Part shown: piece by piece, positions 27,639 to 37,037 of the stretch
How positions within the stretch are numbered: position 1 is the first letter of the stretch
How the letters are laid out: every line of letters begins with the position of its first letter
NCBI GenBank assembly: GCA_041571435.1
Contig: JBFFUI010000015.1
Coordinates: 1 to 43,344, forward strand
Direction: 5' to 3'
Length of the DNA: 43,344 bases
Source of the DNA: Sulfurimonadaceae bacterium
GTDB lineage: Bacteria; Campylobacterota; Campylobacteria; Campylobacterales; Sulfurimonadaceae
Program-made: the position numbers and the translations under genes
Notes under the pieces: model-generated
The model's database searches: none
Seen by the model: the letters and a program-made list of their open reading frames with translations, nothing else
Told to the model about the DNA's origin: nothing

Positions 27639-28640
27639 ATGATGAAAAGTGTTTTGACCCTGGCGGCCGCCATCCTCCTTTTCAGCGGCTGCGGCGCAGA
27701 AAAAAAGTCGATTGTCGTAGCACCCAAACCCCTGCCTGCCTGGTATACCAATCCGCCACAAAGCAATGCGCAATATCTCTATGAGGTTGCCGAAGGCGTT
27801 GACAAGAAAGAGGCTGTTGCCAATGCCCTTGACATGATGGTCTCCACACTCAGCATTACGGTAGCATCGGAGTACAAAAGTCGGACAACGGTCCGCAGCG
27901 GTGCGCTAGACAGTTATCAGCAAGATGTCGACAACACGATAGAGACGAGTGTCAAAGCGATCCGTATCAGCAACTACAGTGTCGTCGAATCCACAGAGCA
28001 GGGGTTCAGACGCCACCTCGTGTTGATCAGAAGTGACAAGCCACAGCTTTTTGACAGTCTCAAAAAAGAGCTCGACGAAAAGATCACCCTGCTGAAGAGC
28101 CAAGAGAACACCCTAAAGACAAAAAATGTGGTTGAACGATTGCGTTTTTATAACGGGGCGAACCGGGATTTTGCCGCTATCGAACAGACACTGAATGTCA
28201 TGAACGTTCTCAACAGAGCTTTCGATTCCAACCCCTACCTCGAAGCAGCGAGTCATTACAAAAACGGGTATGATGATCTGCGTGCCAAGATCACTTTCGG
28301 ATTTAGTGCAGACAGTGGTGCTGCCAACCTGATCGCTCCTCTCAAAGCGGGTTTAAGTGCAAGGCAGCTGTTAATCCTGGAGCGAAAAGATGCCTATCAT
28401 CTGCGTATCAAGATCGTGGCAAACGTAGAGACAGCGCACAGCATGGGGTTTGATCTGGCACGGACAGCGATCACCTTTACAACACAGGACCATACCGGCA
28501 CAACGGTCGGCAGCAACAAGCTGAACATTACCGGTCAATCCACCCAGGGGTATGCCATCGCCAAAGAGAACGTGGCGATCAAACTTGACCGTTTGGTTGA
28601 AAAAGAGGGTATCGAAAACATTTTGGGTCTTCAATTTTAA
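27639..28640 (+). CDS. LPP20-family lipoprotein
   Basis: Lipobox LFSG|C; LPAWYTNPP, EAVANAL; real start ATG 27639/27642 just after the previous stop. Confidence 0.78.
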   Translation: MMKSVLTLAAAILLFSGCGAEKKSIVVAPKPLPAWYTNPPQSNAQYLYEVAEGVDKKEAVANALDMMVSTLSITVASEYKSRTTVRSGALDSYQQDVDNTIETSVKAIRISNYSVVESTEQGFRRHLVLIRSDKPQLFDSLKKELDEKITLLKSQENTLKTKNVVERLRFYNGANRDFAAIEQTLNVMNVLNRAFDSNPYLEAASHYKNGYDDLRAKITFGFSADSGAANLIAPLKAGLSARQLLILERKDAYHLRIKIVANVETAHSMGFDLARTAITFTTQDHTGTTVGSNKLNITGQSTQGYAIAKENVAIKLDRLVEKEGIENILGLQF

Positions 28641-28681
28641 CTCTTTTCGAATAGACCTTTGAGCGTCTGTTAATCTCCGGT

Positions 28682-29776
28682 CTACAGTCTCTTTTTCAGC
28701 TTCTGCACCCGCGCATACGACTCATCGATACGCTTCTCTTTGATCTTGCCGGCTCTGACCTGCGCTTTTACAACATCCACGATTTCATCAAGACCCAGCG
28801 GCGTTGCGAGCTGATTGGCAAAAAGCAGGATATCGACACCTGAATTGAGTGCGAGGGTAACCGTCTCTTTAAGAGAGTAGTGTTTATGAATGGCTGCCAT
28901 CTGAAGGTCATCGGTGATGATAACACCCGCATAATGCATCTGGTTGCGCAGCAGTTCGGTATTGACCTTGTATGAGAGTGTCGCCGGGTATTGATCATCA
29001 AGGTTATTATTGAAGATGTGTGCCGTCATGATCATGTCGACGTTCTGTGTTTCGATCATGTTCTGGAATGGCTCAAGCTCTTTTGCTGTCCATGTATGGG
29101 TGACATCGGTAAAGCCCTTGTGCGAATCGGCTTTGGAAGAGCCGTGCCCAGGAAAGTGTTTGATCACGGTCACCACATGGTTCTTGCGGTGTTCTTGTAC
29201 AAAGATGGAAGCGTACTTGCTGACCACTGCCGGATCGGAAGCGTAGGCACGTTTTTTGCCGGCGATGATGGGGTTGTAGTCGAACAGCAGATCGACGCTT
29301 GGTGCAAAGTTGGTGTTGATACCGTTTTGCGCCAGCATCGCTGCCATCGCATCATAATATGCACCAGCTGCTGCTGTATCACCTTTAGCCACATCTTCAG
29401 CGGATGGAAATGTTGCAAAACCGTCTCTGGCCTTCAGCCGGGCCACCTTGCCGCCCTCTTCGTCTACACAGATCAACAGTTTGTCACTTGACAGGCCCTG
29501 CAGATCACGGTTGAGTTTTCTCAGCTGTTTTGCATCGACAATGTTTTTACGCTTCATCTTGTTCATCGGATCCTGGTCAAACAAGATCACTCCGCCAAGC
29601 CCCTTTTGAACCGCTTTGACGATGGCACTGTCAGCCGTTACTTCTGTACCGTGAAAACCGAGTACGACAAGGGATGCGATCTTCTCATCAAGTGTCGGTT
29701 TTTGGCCATCAGTCGGTGCTGCGAAAAGTGTCACAGCGAGCAGTGTTGTGATAATGAGAAGTTGACGTAGATACAT
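28682..29776 (-). CDS. Exported glycoside hydrolase family 3 (beta-N-acetylhexosaminidase, NagZ-like)
   Basis: GGVILF, VDEEGGKVARL, KHFPGHGSSKADSH, MTAH, ITDDLQM; signal peptide. Confidence 0.92.
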   Translation of the reverse strand: MYLRQLLIITTLLAVTLFAAPTDGQKPTLDEKIASLVVLGFHGTEVTADSAIVKAVQKGLGGVILFDQDPMNKMKRKNIVDAKQLRKLNRDLQGLSSDKLLICVDEEGGKVARLKARDGFATFPSAEDVAKGDTAAAGAYYDAMAAMLAQNGINTNFAPSVDLLFDYNPIIAGKKRAYASDPAVVSKYASIFVQEHRKNHVVTVIKHFPGHGSSKADSHKGFTDVTHTWTAKELEPFQNMIETQNVDMIMTAHIFNNNLDDQYPATLSYKVNTELLRNQMHYAGVIITDDLQMAAIHKHYSLKETVTLALNSGVDILLFANQLATPLGLDEIVDVVKAQVRAGKIKEKRIDESYARVQKLKKRL

Positions 29777-29784
29777 ATTGTGCC

Positions 29785-30522
29785 TTAAAGGGTGTTGTTT
29801 AACAGGGTGTTGTTTTCAAAGATCTTTGCATACGCTTTTTGTGTTTTGACCTGCTCCAGTGCATGGAGGTGACGTATCTTATGCGCATCGGAGCCTAAAA
29901 AGTCGATCATACCGGCCTCTGCGATCTTTTTGGCAACTTTTTGGATAGGTTTTGAATAGTAGCCGCCGAAAGAAGGAATATTGACCTGAAAAAGCACTCC
30001 CTTCTCTTTCAGACGTTCGTATTTGCTGAAATCATCATGCATATAGACGTAGCGTTCAGGGTGAGCCAGAACAGGTCTGTAGCCTGCGACTTTGATCTCA
30101 AAGAGCATCTCTTCGAGGTGGTGTAGCGGATGGACATAGGACATCTCAAAAAGCATATAGTTGTCACCGAACGTCATGATGTCACGCTCTTCGACCAGCG
30201 CCATCACGGTCTCGTCAAGATAGTACTCTGACGCGACCTCGATCTCGATCTCTATGTTGCGCGAACGCAGCTCTTTTCTGAGTGCCTCTTCACCCGCTTC
30301 GAGAACATCTCTGGTGTTGGGAAACCTGTGGCTCATAATATGCGGGGTCGTGATCAGCTTGGTATACCCCTGTGCAACAAAAAACTCGATCATCTCGATG
30401 GACTCGTCCATGCTCTTTGAGCCGTCATCGATTCCGGGGATAAGGTGCGAATGGAGGTCGGTCGTAATGGCGGGGGCAGTACCTGAAGCCGGTAAAAAAA
30501 GACTTTTTATTTTTTTGATCAT
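29785..30522 (-). CDS. CpsB/CapC-type PHP protein-tyrosine phosphatase
   Basis: DLHSHLIPGIDDG, TPH, LAHPERY, GSDAH; start ATG 30522. Confidence 0.92.
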   Translation of the reverse strand: MIKKIKSLFLPASGTAPAITTDLHSHLIPGIDDGSKSMDESIEMIEFFVAQGYTKLITTPHIMSHRFPNTRDVLEAGEEALRKELRSRNIEIEIEVASEYYLDETVMALVEERDIMTFGDNYMLFEMSYVHPLHHLEEMLFEIKVAGYRPVLAHPERYVYMHDDFSKYERLKEKGVLFQVNIPSFGGYYSKPIQKVAKKIAEAGMIDFLGSDAHKIRHLHALEQVKTQKAYAKIFENNTLLNNTL

Positions 30523-30863
30523 AAACGGCTCTCCTTCGCACATCTGATGCACAGCTTTGATTCGGGCAGTGCCATCAGCCGTTCAAAGGCGATCGGCTCA
30601 TCACACTCCATACAGAGGCCGAAATCATCATCCTCCAAATGGCTTAGTGCATAGTGTAGACTATTATATCGCTTTTTTGCCTCTGTAAACGCGCGGTGCT
30701 GCACCTCTTGGTCATGCATCATCTCCGATCGCAGCAGATCGCCCAGCGAACAGTCCGGTACGATCGGTTTTAATTGGCTTTCCAACGCGTTGAGCTCTTT
30801 TTCCAGAGACACCAGATCCGATCTGATATTCCTGCCCAGTTCCTGGCGCTGCGCCTCTGTCAA
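30519..30863 (-). CDS. TraR/DksA C4 zinc-finger protein
   Basis: FGLCMECDEPIAFERLMALPESKLCIRC. Confidence 0.9.
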   Translation of the reverse strand: MTEAQRQELGRNIRSDLVSLEKELNALESQLKPIVPDCSLGDLLRSEMMHDQEVQHRAFTEAKKRYNSLHYALSHLEDDDFGLCMECDEPIAFERLMALPESKLCIRCAKESRL

Positions 30864-30866
30864 ATC

Positions 30867-31901
30867 TTAGTCTTGTGTCGGGTTGATCGTCTCTATTACG
30901 TCGAGACCGAAACCGCTTAACCCGACAAAATCCGGCAGCGTTGACGAGCTCAACAGGCGCATATGTTGAATGCCGTAAAGCTTTAAGATCTGTGCACCGA
31001 CACCAAACTCTTTCATCGTACTGTGGTGTTCGTCTGGATTGTTGATAAAGACGAGTACACCGCCGTTTTGCTTGAGGTAGTCGATGGAGTCGACCAACAT
31101 CTTGTAACGGCCCTGATCGAGCAGAAGATCCATGTCAGAGACAACATTATGGACCTTTACGTTTGCCGTCTCACCCACATGATGAAATGCGATCGCCGTA
31201 TGTTCAAGACCTTCGTGATCGACAAAGATGCGTTTTTGTGCCTGCATACCGAAAAACTCGATCTCTTCTTCGCTCACAGCCTTGACAAGAATCTCATTCG
31301 CCAGGCGGTACTCGACAATATCGGAGATAAATACGGTTTTGAGATTATGTTTTTCAGCAAAGATATCGAGGTCGTCACGACGTGCCATCTCACCGTTATC
31401 TTTGATGATCTCACAGATCACGCCGCAGCCAGTCAGCCCTGCCAGACGGCAGATATCGACAGACCCTTCGGTATGGCCTGTTCGCACCAATGTTCCACCC
31501 TCTTTGGCGATCAGAGGAAAGATATGACCAGGACGCGCAAGTTCTGTCGCTTTGCTGATCGGATTGGCCAAGATCTTGATCGTCATGTCACGTTCAGCTG
31601 CTGAGATACCGGTCAGTGCATCCACCGCATCGACAGAGACGGTAAACGCTGTCTCATACATGGAGTTATTGGAGCTGACCATCGGGTTCAGGTCTAATCG
31701 TTTTGCAGCATCGTTATCGAGCGTTACACAGATAAGACCGCGCGCCTCTTTGGCCATGAAGTTAACATGCTCAGGCGTTGAGAAGACAGATGCATAGACA
31801 AGGTCTCCCTCGTTCTCTCTGTCTTCATCATCACACATGATGATCATATGCCCTTTTTTAATCTCTTCTATAGCGTCCAATACACGTTGAATAGGTGTCA
31901 T
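30867..31901 (-). CDS. ribB: 3,4-dihydroxy-2-butanone-4-phosphate synthase fused to a degenerate GTP cyclohydrolase II-like domain
   Basis: DDEDRENEGD, RGLIC, TAFTVS, RPGHIFPL, RTGHTEG; the C-terminal domain has no Cys. Confidence 0.93.
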   Translation of the reverse strand: MTPIQRVLDAIEEIKKGHMIIMCDDEDRENEGDLVYASVFSTPEHVNFMAKEARGLICVTLDNDAAKRLDLNPMVSSNNSMYETAFTVSVDAVDALTGISAAERDMTIKILANPISKATELARPGHIFPLIAKEGGTLVRTGHTEGSVDICRLAGLTGCGVICEIIKDNGEMARRDDLDIFAEKHNLKTVFISDIVEYRLANEILVKAVSEEEIEFFGMQAQKRIFVDHEGLEHTAIAFHHVGETANVKVHNVVSDMDLLLDQGRYKMLVDSIDYLKQNGGVLVFINNPDEHHSTMKEFGVGAQILKLYGIQHMRLLSSSTLPDFVGLSGFGLDVIETINPTQD

Positions 31902-32013
31902 GTAAAATCTCTCGATACTGTTTATTTATTACCAGCGATTATAGTCAATTTCGTCATAAAGTCTTATCAATCGGACGATCAGACAGAAATTTGGATCTTT
32001 ATGTAACAACATC

Positions 32014-32042
32014 TTGACAAATCGCTCCTTTTGTCCTATAAT
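32014..32042 (+). promoter_or_regulatory. Consensus sigma70 promoter of the tRNA operon
   Basis: TTGACA-N17-TATAAT followed by the GC-rich discriminator TCCGCC. Confidence 0.9.
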
Positions 32043-32076
32043 TCCGCCTCTTAAACATCATGTTTCAGAGTTGTAA

Positions 32077-32151
32077 TGGGGTATCGCCAAGCGGTAAGGC
32101 CTCGGTTTTTGGTACCGATATTCGGGGGTTCGAATCCCTCTACCCCATCCA
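32077..32151 (+). tRNA. tRNA-Gln (TTG)
   Basis: TGGGGTA/TACCCCA acceptor stem, TCGGT-TTTTGGT-ACCGA anticodon arm, TTCGAAT T-loop, CCA end. Confidence 0.97.
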
Positions 32152-32160
32152 TCAAAATGT

Positions 32161-32237
<77 letters not shown>

Positions 32238-32321
32238 ACACAAATTTTTACTTCTAAATCTCATCATATTCTGATTATTTTTTAAAGCAAACATTCATTT
32301 ATTACTTACACACTCAAATGT

Positions 32322-32398
<77 letters not shown>

Positions 32399-32535
32399 AT
32401 TTCTTCACACTTACATCTTTAATCACATAACACAGGCACAAAAACTTCACTTATTTTCACTGTGACATCACAAAGCACAGCTTCAAAATTTATCGGCAAA
32501 AAAACGGTACAATATGAAAAAATCAGGAACAGAAC

Positions 32536-32652
32536 ATGCCGCCTATCGACTTTTTATCAGCCTCGATCAACATGATACTTATTATCGTGCTCTTTGGTCT
32601 CTTCTACTTTGTGCTTAGAAGTAAAAAGAAGAAGGGCGACCAAGAGCAATAG
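32536..32652 (+). CDS. 38-aa single-pass membrane protein (below the ORF-track cutoff)
   Basis: MPPIDFLSASINMILIIVLFGLFYFVLRSKKKKGDQEQ; SD AGGA 7 nt upstream; TACAAT at 32508-32513. Confidence 0.7.
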   Translation: MPPIDFLSASINMILIIVLFGLFYFVLRSKKKKGDQEQ

Positions 32653-32657
32653 TCCGG

Positions 32658-32984
32658 CTATTTCTGGACTTCACGCCCTATCTCGCGCTCGACTGAAGCA
32701 ATCTTTGTTGTAAGACGGTTTGACTTGCCTTTGCGAATATCGAACTTCAACGAGGAGTAGACACGTTCGCAGTCACCCTCTAACGCTTCATACGCCTTCT
32801 CGACAATGTCCAGTGCCTCGCGCATCGTCTCTGTCTCGACAATGGTACCCATCGGGGTAAGCTGATACGCAGCACCGCTTCGGTCGATCATATCGATGAT
32901 ACGGCTCACATACTTTGAGACCGAGGCGCTGTCTCGGCAGTCACCGCTTGTCGGGAACATCGCAAATTCCAATAAAACACTCAT
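32658..32984 (-). CDS. MTH1187-family thiamine-binding protein
   Basis: SVSKYV, YQLTPMGTIVE, RVYSSLKFDIR; start ATG 32984. Confidence 0.9.
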   Translation of the reverse strand: MSVLLEFAMFPTSGDCRDSASVSKYVSRIIDMIDRSGAAYQLTPMGTIVETETMREALDIVEKAYEALEGDCERVYSSLKFDIRKGKSNRLTTKIASVEREIGREVQK

Positions 32985-32985
32985 A

Positions 32986-33498
32986 TTAATCCTTGAAATA
33001 GTTTGGTATCTCTGAGAGTATCTTTTGATAGACCTTCTCAAAGTCCGTTGAATAGACCCGGGTCTCTGCTACCGAGGTTATAAAGTTTGTATCACCCCGC
33101 CACCTTGGAACAAGATGCATGTGGATATGGTCTGCTATCCCTGCTCCCGCCGCACTGCCAAGGTTCATGCCGATATTGACGCCCTGCGCGTTGAAACACT
33201 CTTTAAGAAGCCGCACCCCTTTTTGTGCCAGATCACTCATATGGAGCCATACGGCACGATCAAGATCCTCAAGCTTGTCGGTATGATGATGGGGAATGAT
33301 CATAAAATGGCCCGGCGTGTACGGGTAGCGGTTCATCACCACAAAACAGTGCTCGTCCCGGTAGAGGACATGAAGGTCCGTATCATCATCCACATGGGTG
33401 CTGATATGACAGAATACACACCCCTCTATAGGATCACCGGTCACATAATCATTGCGCCAAGGTGCATACAGTATCTCTTTTTCGTCAAACATTGACAT
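32986..33498 (-). CDS. HIT-domain nucleotide hydrolase (Fhit/Ap4A-type)
   Basis: LYAPWR, CVFC, NRYPYTPGH, AGAGIADHIHMHLVPRW. Confidence 0.93.
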   Translation of the reverse strand: MSMFDEKEILYAPWRNDYVTGDPIEGCVFCHISTHVDDDTDLHVLYRDEHCFVVMNRYPYTPGHFMIIPHHHTDKLEDLDRAVWLHMSDLAQKGVRLLKECFNAQGVNIGMNLGSAAGAGIADHIHMHLVPRWRGDTNFITSVAETRVYSTDFEKVYQKILSEIPNYFKD

Positions 33499-33641
33499 CC
33501 CTTTGCTCTAAAATGGATGAGAGAGTATAACAAAGTTATCAACATTACGCACAATCTCCCTGTTCTCAAATCAGTGAAGCTGTATTTTCTAAAAAGTTGG
33601 GTTATAATGGGAAAACACTAGGATTTAGGGCCAATATTCAC

Positions 33642-34598
33642 ATGGTTACCAGACTTTTTTTTATACTTTTTATCGCATCATCTCTCTTTGCCCAACAGCA
33701 AAAGATTGAGTATGTCAACGAATTTTCCATTCTCATTGGAAACTCGGAAAACGGGTCTGAACAGAATATCGGCCGTAGCCTGGCCTATGCGATGCAGTTT
33801 CAATACAACGGTCTGGACTTTCCGATAAAACCTGAGATTGCTTTTGTCTATTCACAAGACATACCTCTCTACAAGAACACCTACACAGGCTATACTGACT
33901 ACGCGATGATGATGGTTAACGGTGTCTATGCGATCCCCTATTCAGACCTCTTGACCCCCTATGTCAAAGGCGGTATCGGATATGTCGGCTTTGGTGATGT
34001 TCCCGATTCCCCTTCCAATACACTCTTTCTGGACACAGGAGCAGGTCTGAAGCTGCACCTCTCTGAGCGCTGGGCACTTAAGTTTGAGGCCGCTGTGATG
34101 TTGGGAGCAGATTACTTAAATATTCTGGCCACCGGCGGTATCAATTTTGCCTTCGGCCGCAAATATGTCGCACCGCCTCCTGAAAAGGTGTGCGAACCCT
34201 GCGAAGCGCCTAAAACTGTCTATGTGACCAACTATGTTACCAAAGTGGCTCCCAAACCGATCCAGCCCTACCAGGTCCGGTTTGCGTTCGCCAAAGCGAC
34301 ATTGACAGATAATGCAAAAGCATCCATTAAAGACTATGCAGAGAAACTTAACCGTGACGAGAACAGCAAAAAAGAGCTCATTATTATCGGTAATGCCGAC
34401 AACAAAGGGGAACGTTCATTCAATGCTACGCTTTCGATCAGAAGAGCTAATGCGGTGCGCAGCGAGTTTATCGCCAATGGTGTGGATCCGGCACGTATCA
34501 CTGTCGACGCACTCGGTGAGACCTACCCCATAGCGGACAACGAAACAGAAGCGGGTCGAGAAGAGAACAGGCGAGTCATTGTTATCGTTAAGGAGTGA
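33642..34598 (+). CDS. OmpA-family outer membrane protein (beta-barrel plus PG-binding domain, CadF/OprF-like), paralog 1
   Basis: Signal peptide; TPYVKGGIGY, GAGLK; GNADNKG...NATLSIRRA, NRRV; TATAAT at 33603-33608. Confidence 0.9.
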   Translation: MVTRLFFILFIASSLFAQQQKIEYVNEFSILIGNSENGSEQNIGRSLAYAMQFQYNGLDFPIKPEIAFVYSQDIPLYKNTYTGYTDYAMMMVNGVYAIPYSDLLTPYVKGGIGYVGFGDVPDSPSNTLFLDTGAGLKLHLSERWALKFEAAVMLGADYLNILATGGINFAFGRKYVAPPPEKVCEPCEAPKTVYVTNYVTKVAPKPIQPYQVRFAFAKATLTDNAKASIKDYAEKLNRDENSKKELIIIGNADNKGERSFNATLSIRRANAVRSEFIANGVDPARITVDALGETYPIADNETEAGREENRRVIVIVKE

Positions 34599-34741
34599 TA
34601 AAGAGCTCTCCTCGCCATGGGACCGCTAAACGACAATACGATATTTCCCATTTTTCTATAGTTTTTTTTAATACTTCTACAAAAAACGCCTGAAAACCGA
34701 TAACTTTTCGCTATACTTTTTCAAAAAAGTTGCTTAAATCC

Positions 34742-35743
34742 ATGCGAAAAACCCTCCTTCTCCTCTCATCTATTGCCACGCTGTATGCCGAACAGATGTA
34801 CCTCTATGAAGTGTCACCGATTATCGGTCATTTGGAGAACGGTACGGCAACAGGTATGAAAAGCAGTAACGCCTATGGTCTGCAGCTTCAATATAACGAC
34901 ATAGACTTCGTTATCAAACCGGAACTCTCTTATTTCTATTCACCCGGCATAGAACTCTATAACTCCGGCAGCACGGTGGATGCACACACGCTGATGCTAA
35001 ACGGTGTCTATGATGTCGAGTATACAGCCCTGCTGACCCCCTTTGTCAAAGCCGGTGTCGGTTATCAATCCATCAGTAACGCACCGTCTGTCAACACAAA
35101 CGCATTTTTGCTCAGCACTGGAGCCGGCTTAAAACTCAATATCAAAGATCGTTTTGCCATCAAATTTGAGACGATGATAACCCTGCATGATTTTCATGAG
35201 AACAATCTTTTAGTCTTCGGCGGACTCGATTTCTCCTTTGGCAATGAAGACAACACGCCGGTTGCTAAAGATGTTATGGAAGAACCTCTTGACACCACTG
35301 CTGCCGTTTTCAAAGCACCTGTCTTCATCACAAAAGAGGATGTCAATCTTACCCAACCGGAAACCTCCAGCGGTGAAGTCGTGCAACGAACGGATGATGG
35401 CCGTATAAGTTCTATTACACTCTTCATCCCCTATCTTTTCAGAGGCTATGAACTGGATGCAGAGTCAAAAGCTGTACTGGTCGGTTACGCTAAAGAGTTA
35501 CGCGCCCAGAAGAGTACGATTACGATCATCGGACATACGGACACGGCAGGACGCCGCAGCTATAACCAGGAACTCTCTCTCAAACGCGCACGTGTGGTTA
35601 AAGAGCTCTTTGTAGACAACGGTGTCAATGCGGAAAGAATCACGATCGAAGGTCGTGGTGAAAGTGAGCCGATATCAGAGGAGAACAATCCCGCTGCCAA
35701 CAAGCTCAACAAACGCATTGAGATCGACGTTCAATACAAATAA
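34742..35743 (+). CDS. OmpA-family outer membrane protein, paralog 2
   Basis: YEVSPIIG, TPFVKAGVGY, GHTDTAG..YNQELSLKRA, GRGESEP. Confidence 0.9.
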   Translation: MRKTLLLLSSIATLYAEQMYLYEVSPIIGHLENGTATGMKSSNAYGLQLQYNDIDFVIKPELSYFYSPGIELYNSGSTVDAHTLMLNGVYDVEYTALLTPFVKAGVGYQSISNAPSVNTNAFLLSTGAGLKLNIKDRFAIKFETMITLHDFHENNLLVFGGLDFSFGNEDNTPVAKDVMEEPLDTTAAVFKAPVFITKEDVNLTQPETSSGEVVQRTDDGRISSITLFIPYLFRGYELDAESKAVLVGYAKELRAQKSTITIIGHTDTAGRRSYNQELSLKRARVVKELFVDNGVNAERITIEGRGESEPISEENNPAANKLNKRIEIDVQYK

Positions 35744-35753
35744 TATGCGTACC

Positions 35754-37037
35754 CTACAAAAACGCGAACACCAGATCCGGAAAGAGTATTACCAGGCCTA
35801 AGGCCAGGATCTGCAGTCCTATAAAAGGGATGATCCCTCTGTAGATCTGTATGGTCGAGACACTCTTTTGTGCCGCCCCCTTCAAAAAGAAAAGCGCCAG
35901 ACCGAACGGCGGCGTCAAAAACGAAGCCTGCAGGTTCATCGCGATCAAAACAGCAAACCAGATCAGGTCGATCCCAAAAGCGTCCATTACCGGGACCAGT
36001 ATCGGTACGATAATAAAAGAGATCTCGATAAAGTCGATGAAAAAGCCAAGAATGAAGATGGCTACCATCGATACCGCAATAAAGATCCAGACATCACCGA
36101 TATCGTCACTGAAGAACGCCAGGACCATGTCGGTGCCGCCGAGTTCGTTAAAGACCAGACTAAACGCTGTCGCACCGATCAGGATCATAAAGATCATGCC
36201 GCTCAGTTTCACCGTCTCGAGCATGGCATAACGGAGCATGGCGAAGTCAAGGGTCTTGTTGCCGGCACTCAGCAAGATCGCGCCCAGTACACCGAATGCA
36301 GCGGACTCTGTCGGTGAAGCGATGCCTGCGAATATGGAACCGAGAACGGCAACCATCAAAAGCAGCGGTGGCAGAACCGCGCGCAGCAGTTCAAAAAAGC
36401 CGATGGGCTCTATCGCCTCGCTTGAAGGTGCCATTTTCGGATTGATCAGCGAGACGATGACGATGTAGGCGATATAAAGTCCGACCAGCAACAAGCCCGG
36501 CAGGACCGCACCCATAAAGAGCTCGCCCACACTCACACTCATCACATCGCCAAGGATGATCAAAATAATAGAGGGCGGAATGATCTGTCCTAGGGTACCG
36601 CTTGCAGCAACCGTACCTGAAGCCAGACCTTTGTCATAGCCCGCATTCAACATCAACGGCAGTGCGATGACACTGAGCATGACAACGGAAGCACTGACGA
36701 TCCCTGTCGAAGCCGCCAACAGTGCTCCGACCAGAACAACACTGATCGCCAGTCCACCCCGCACACTGCGAAAAGCACGGCTCATCGAAAGCAGCAATTT
36801 CTCTGCCATCTGCGACTTCTCCATTACAAGGCCCATAGCGATAAAGAGTGGAACCGCCATCAACGTGGTGTTGTTCATGATCCCAAAGACCCTGAATGGC
36901 AGCAGGTTAAAAACCTCCAGACCGAGTTCCGGGATCAACAGTGCAAAGAGCAGCGCCACACCGCCAAAGACAAAAGCCACTGGTATTCCCAACAGCAGCA
37001 GTGCCAGGGCAAGGACAAACATCCCTATTGCGATCAT
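35754..37037 (-). CDS. TRAP transporter large permease (DctM)
   Basis: GIPVAF, AVPLFIAMG, GTLGQIIPPS, ASPTESAAFG, FLTPPFG. Confidence 0.95.
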   Translation of the reverse strand: MIAIGMFVLALALLLLGIPVAFVFGGVALLFALLIPELGLEVFNLLPFRVFGIMNNTTLMAVPLFIAMGLVMEKSQMAEKLLLSMSRAFRSVRGGLAISVVLVGALLAASTGIVSASVVMLSVIALPLMLNAGYDKGLASGTVAASGTLGQIIPPSIILIILGDVMSVSVGELFMGAVLPGLLLVGLYIAYIVIVSLINPKMAPSSEAIEPIGFFELLRAVLPPLLLMVAVLGSIFAGIASPTESAAFGVLGAILLSAGNKTLDFAMLRYAMLETVKLSGMIFMILIGATAFSLVFNELGGTDMVLAFFSDDIGDVWIFIAVSMVAIFILGFFIDFIEISFIIVPILVPVMDAFGIDLIWFAVLIAMNLQASFLTPPFGLALFFLKGAAQKSVSTIQIYRGIIPFIGLQILALGLVILFPDLVFAFL

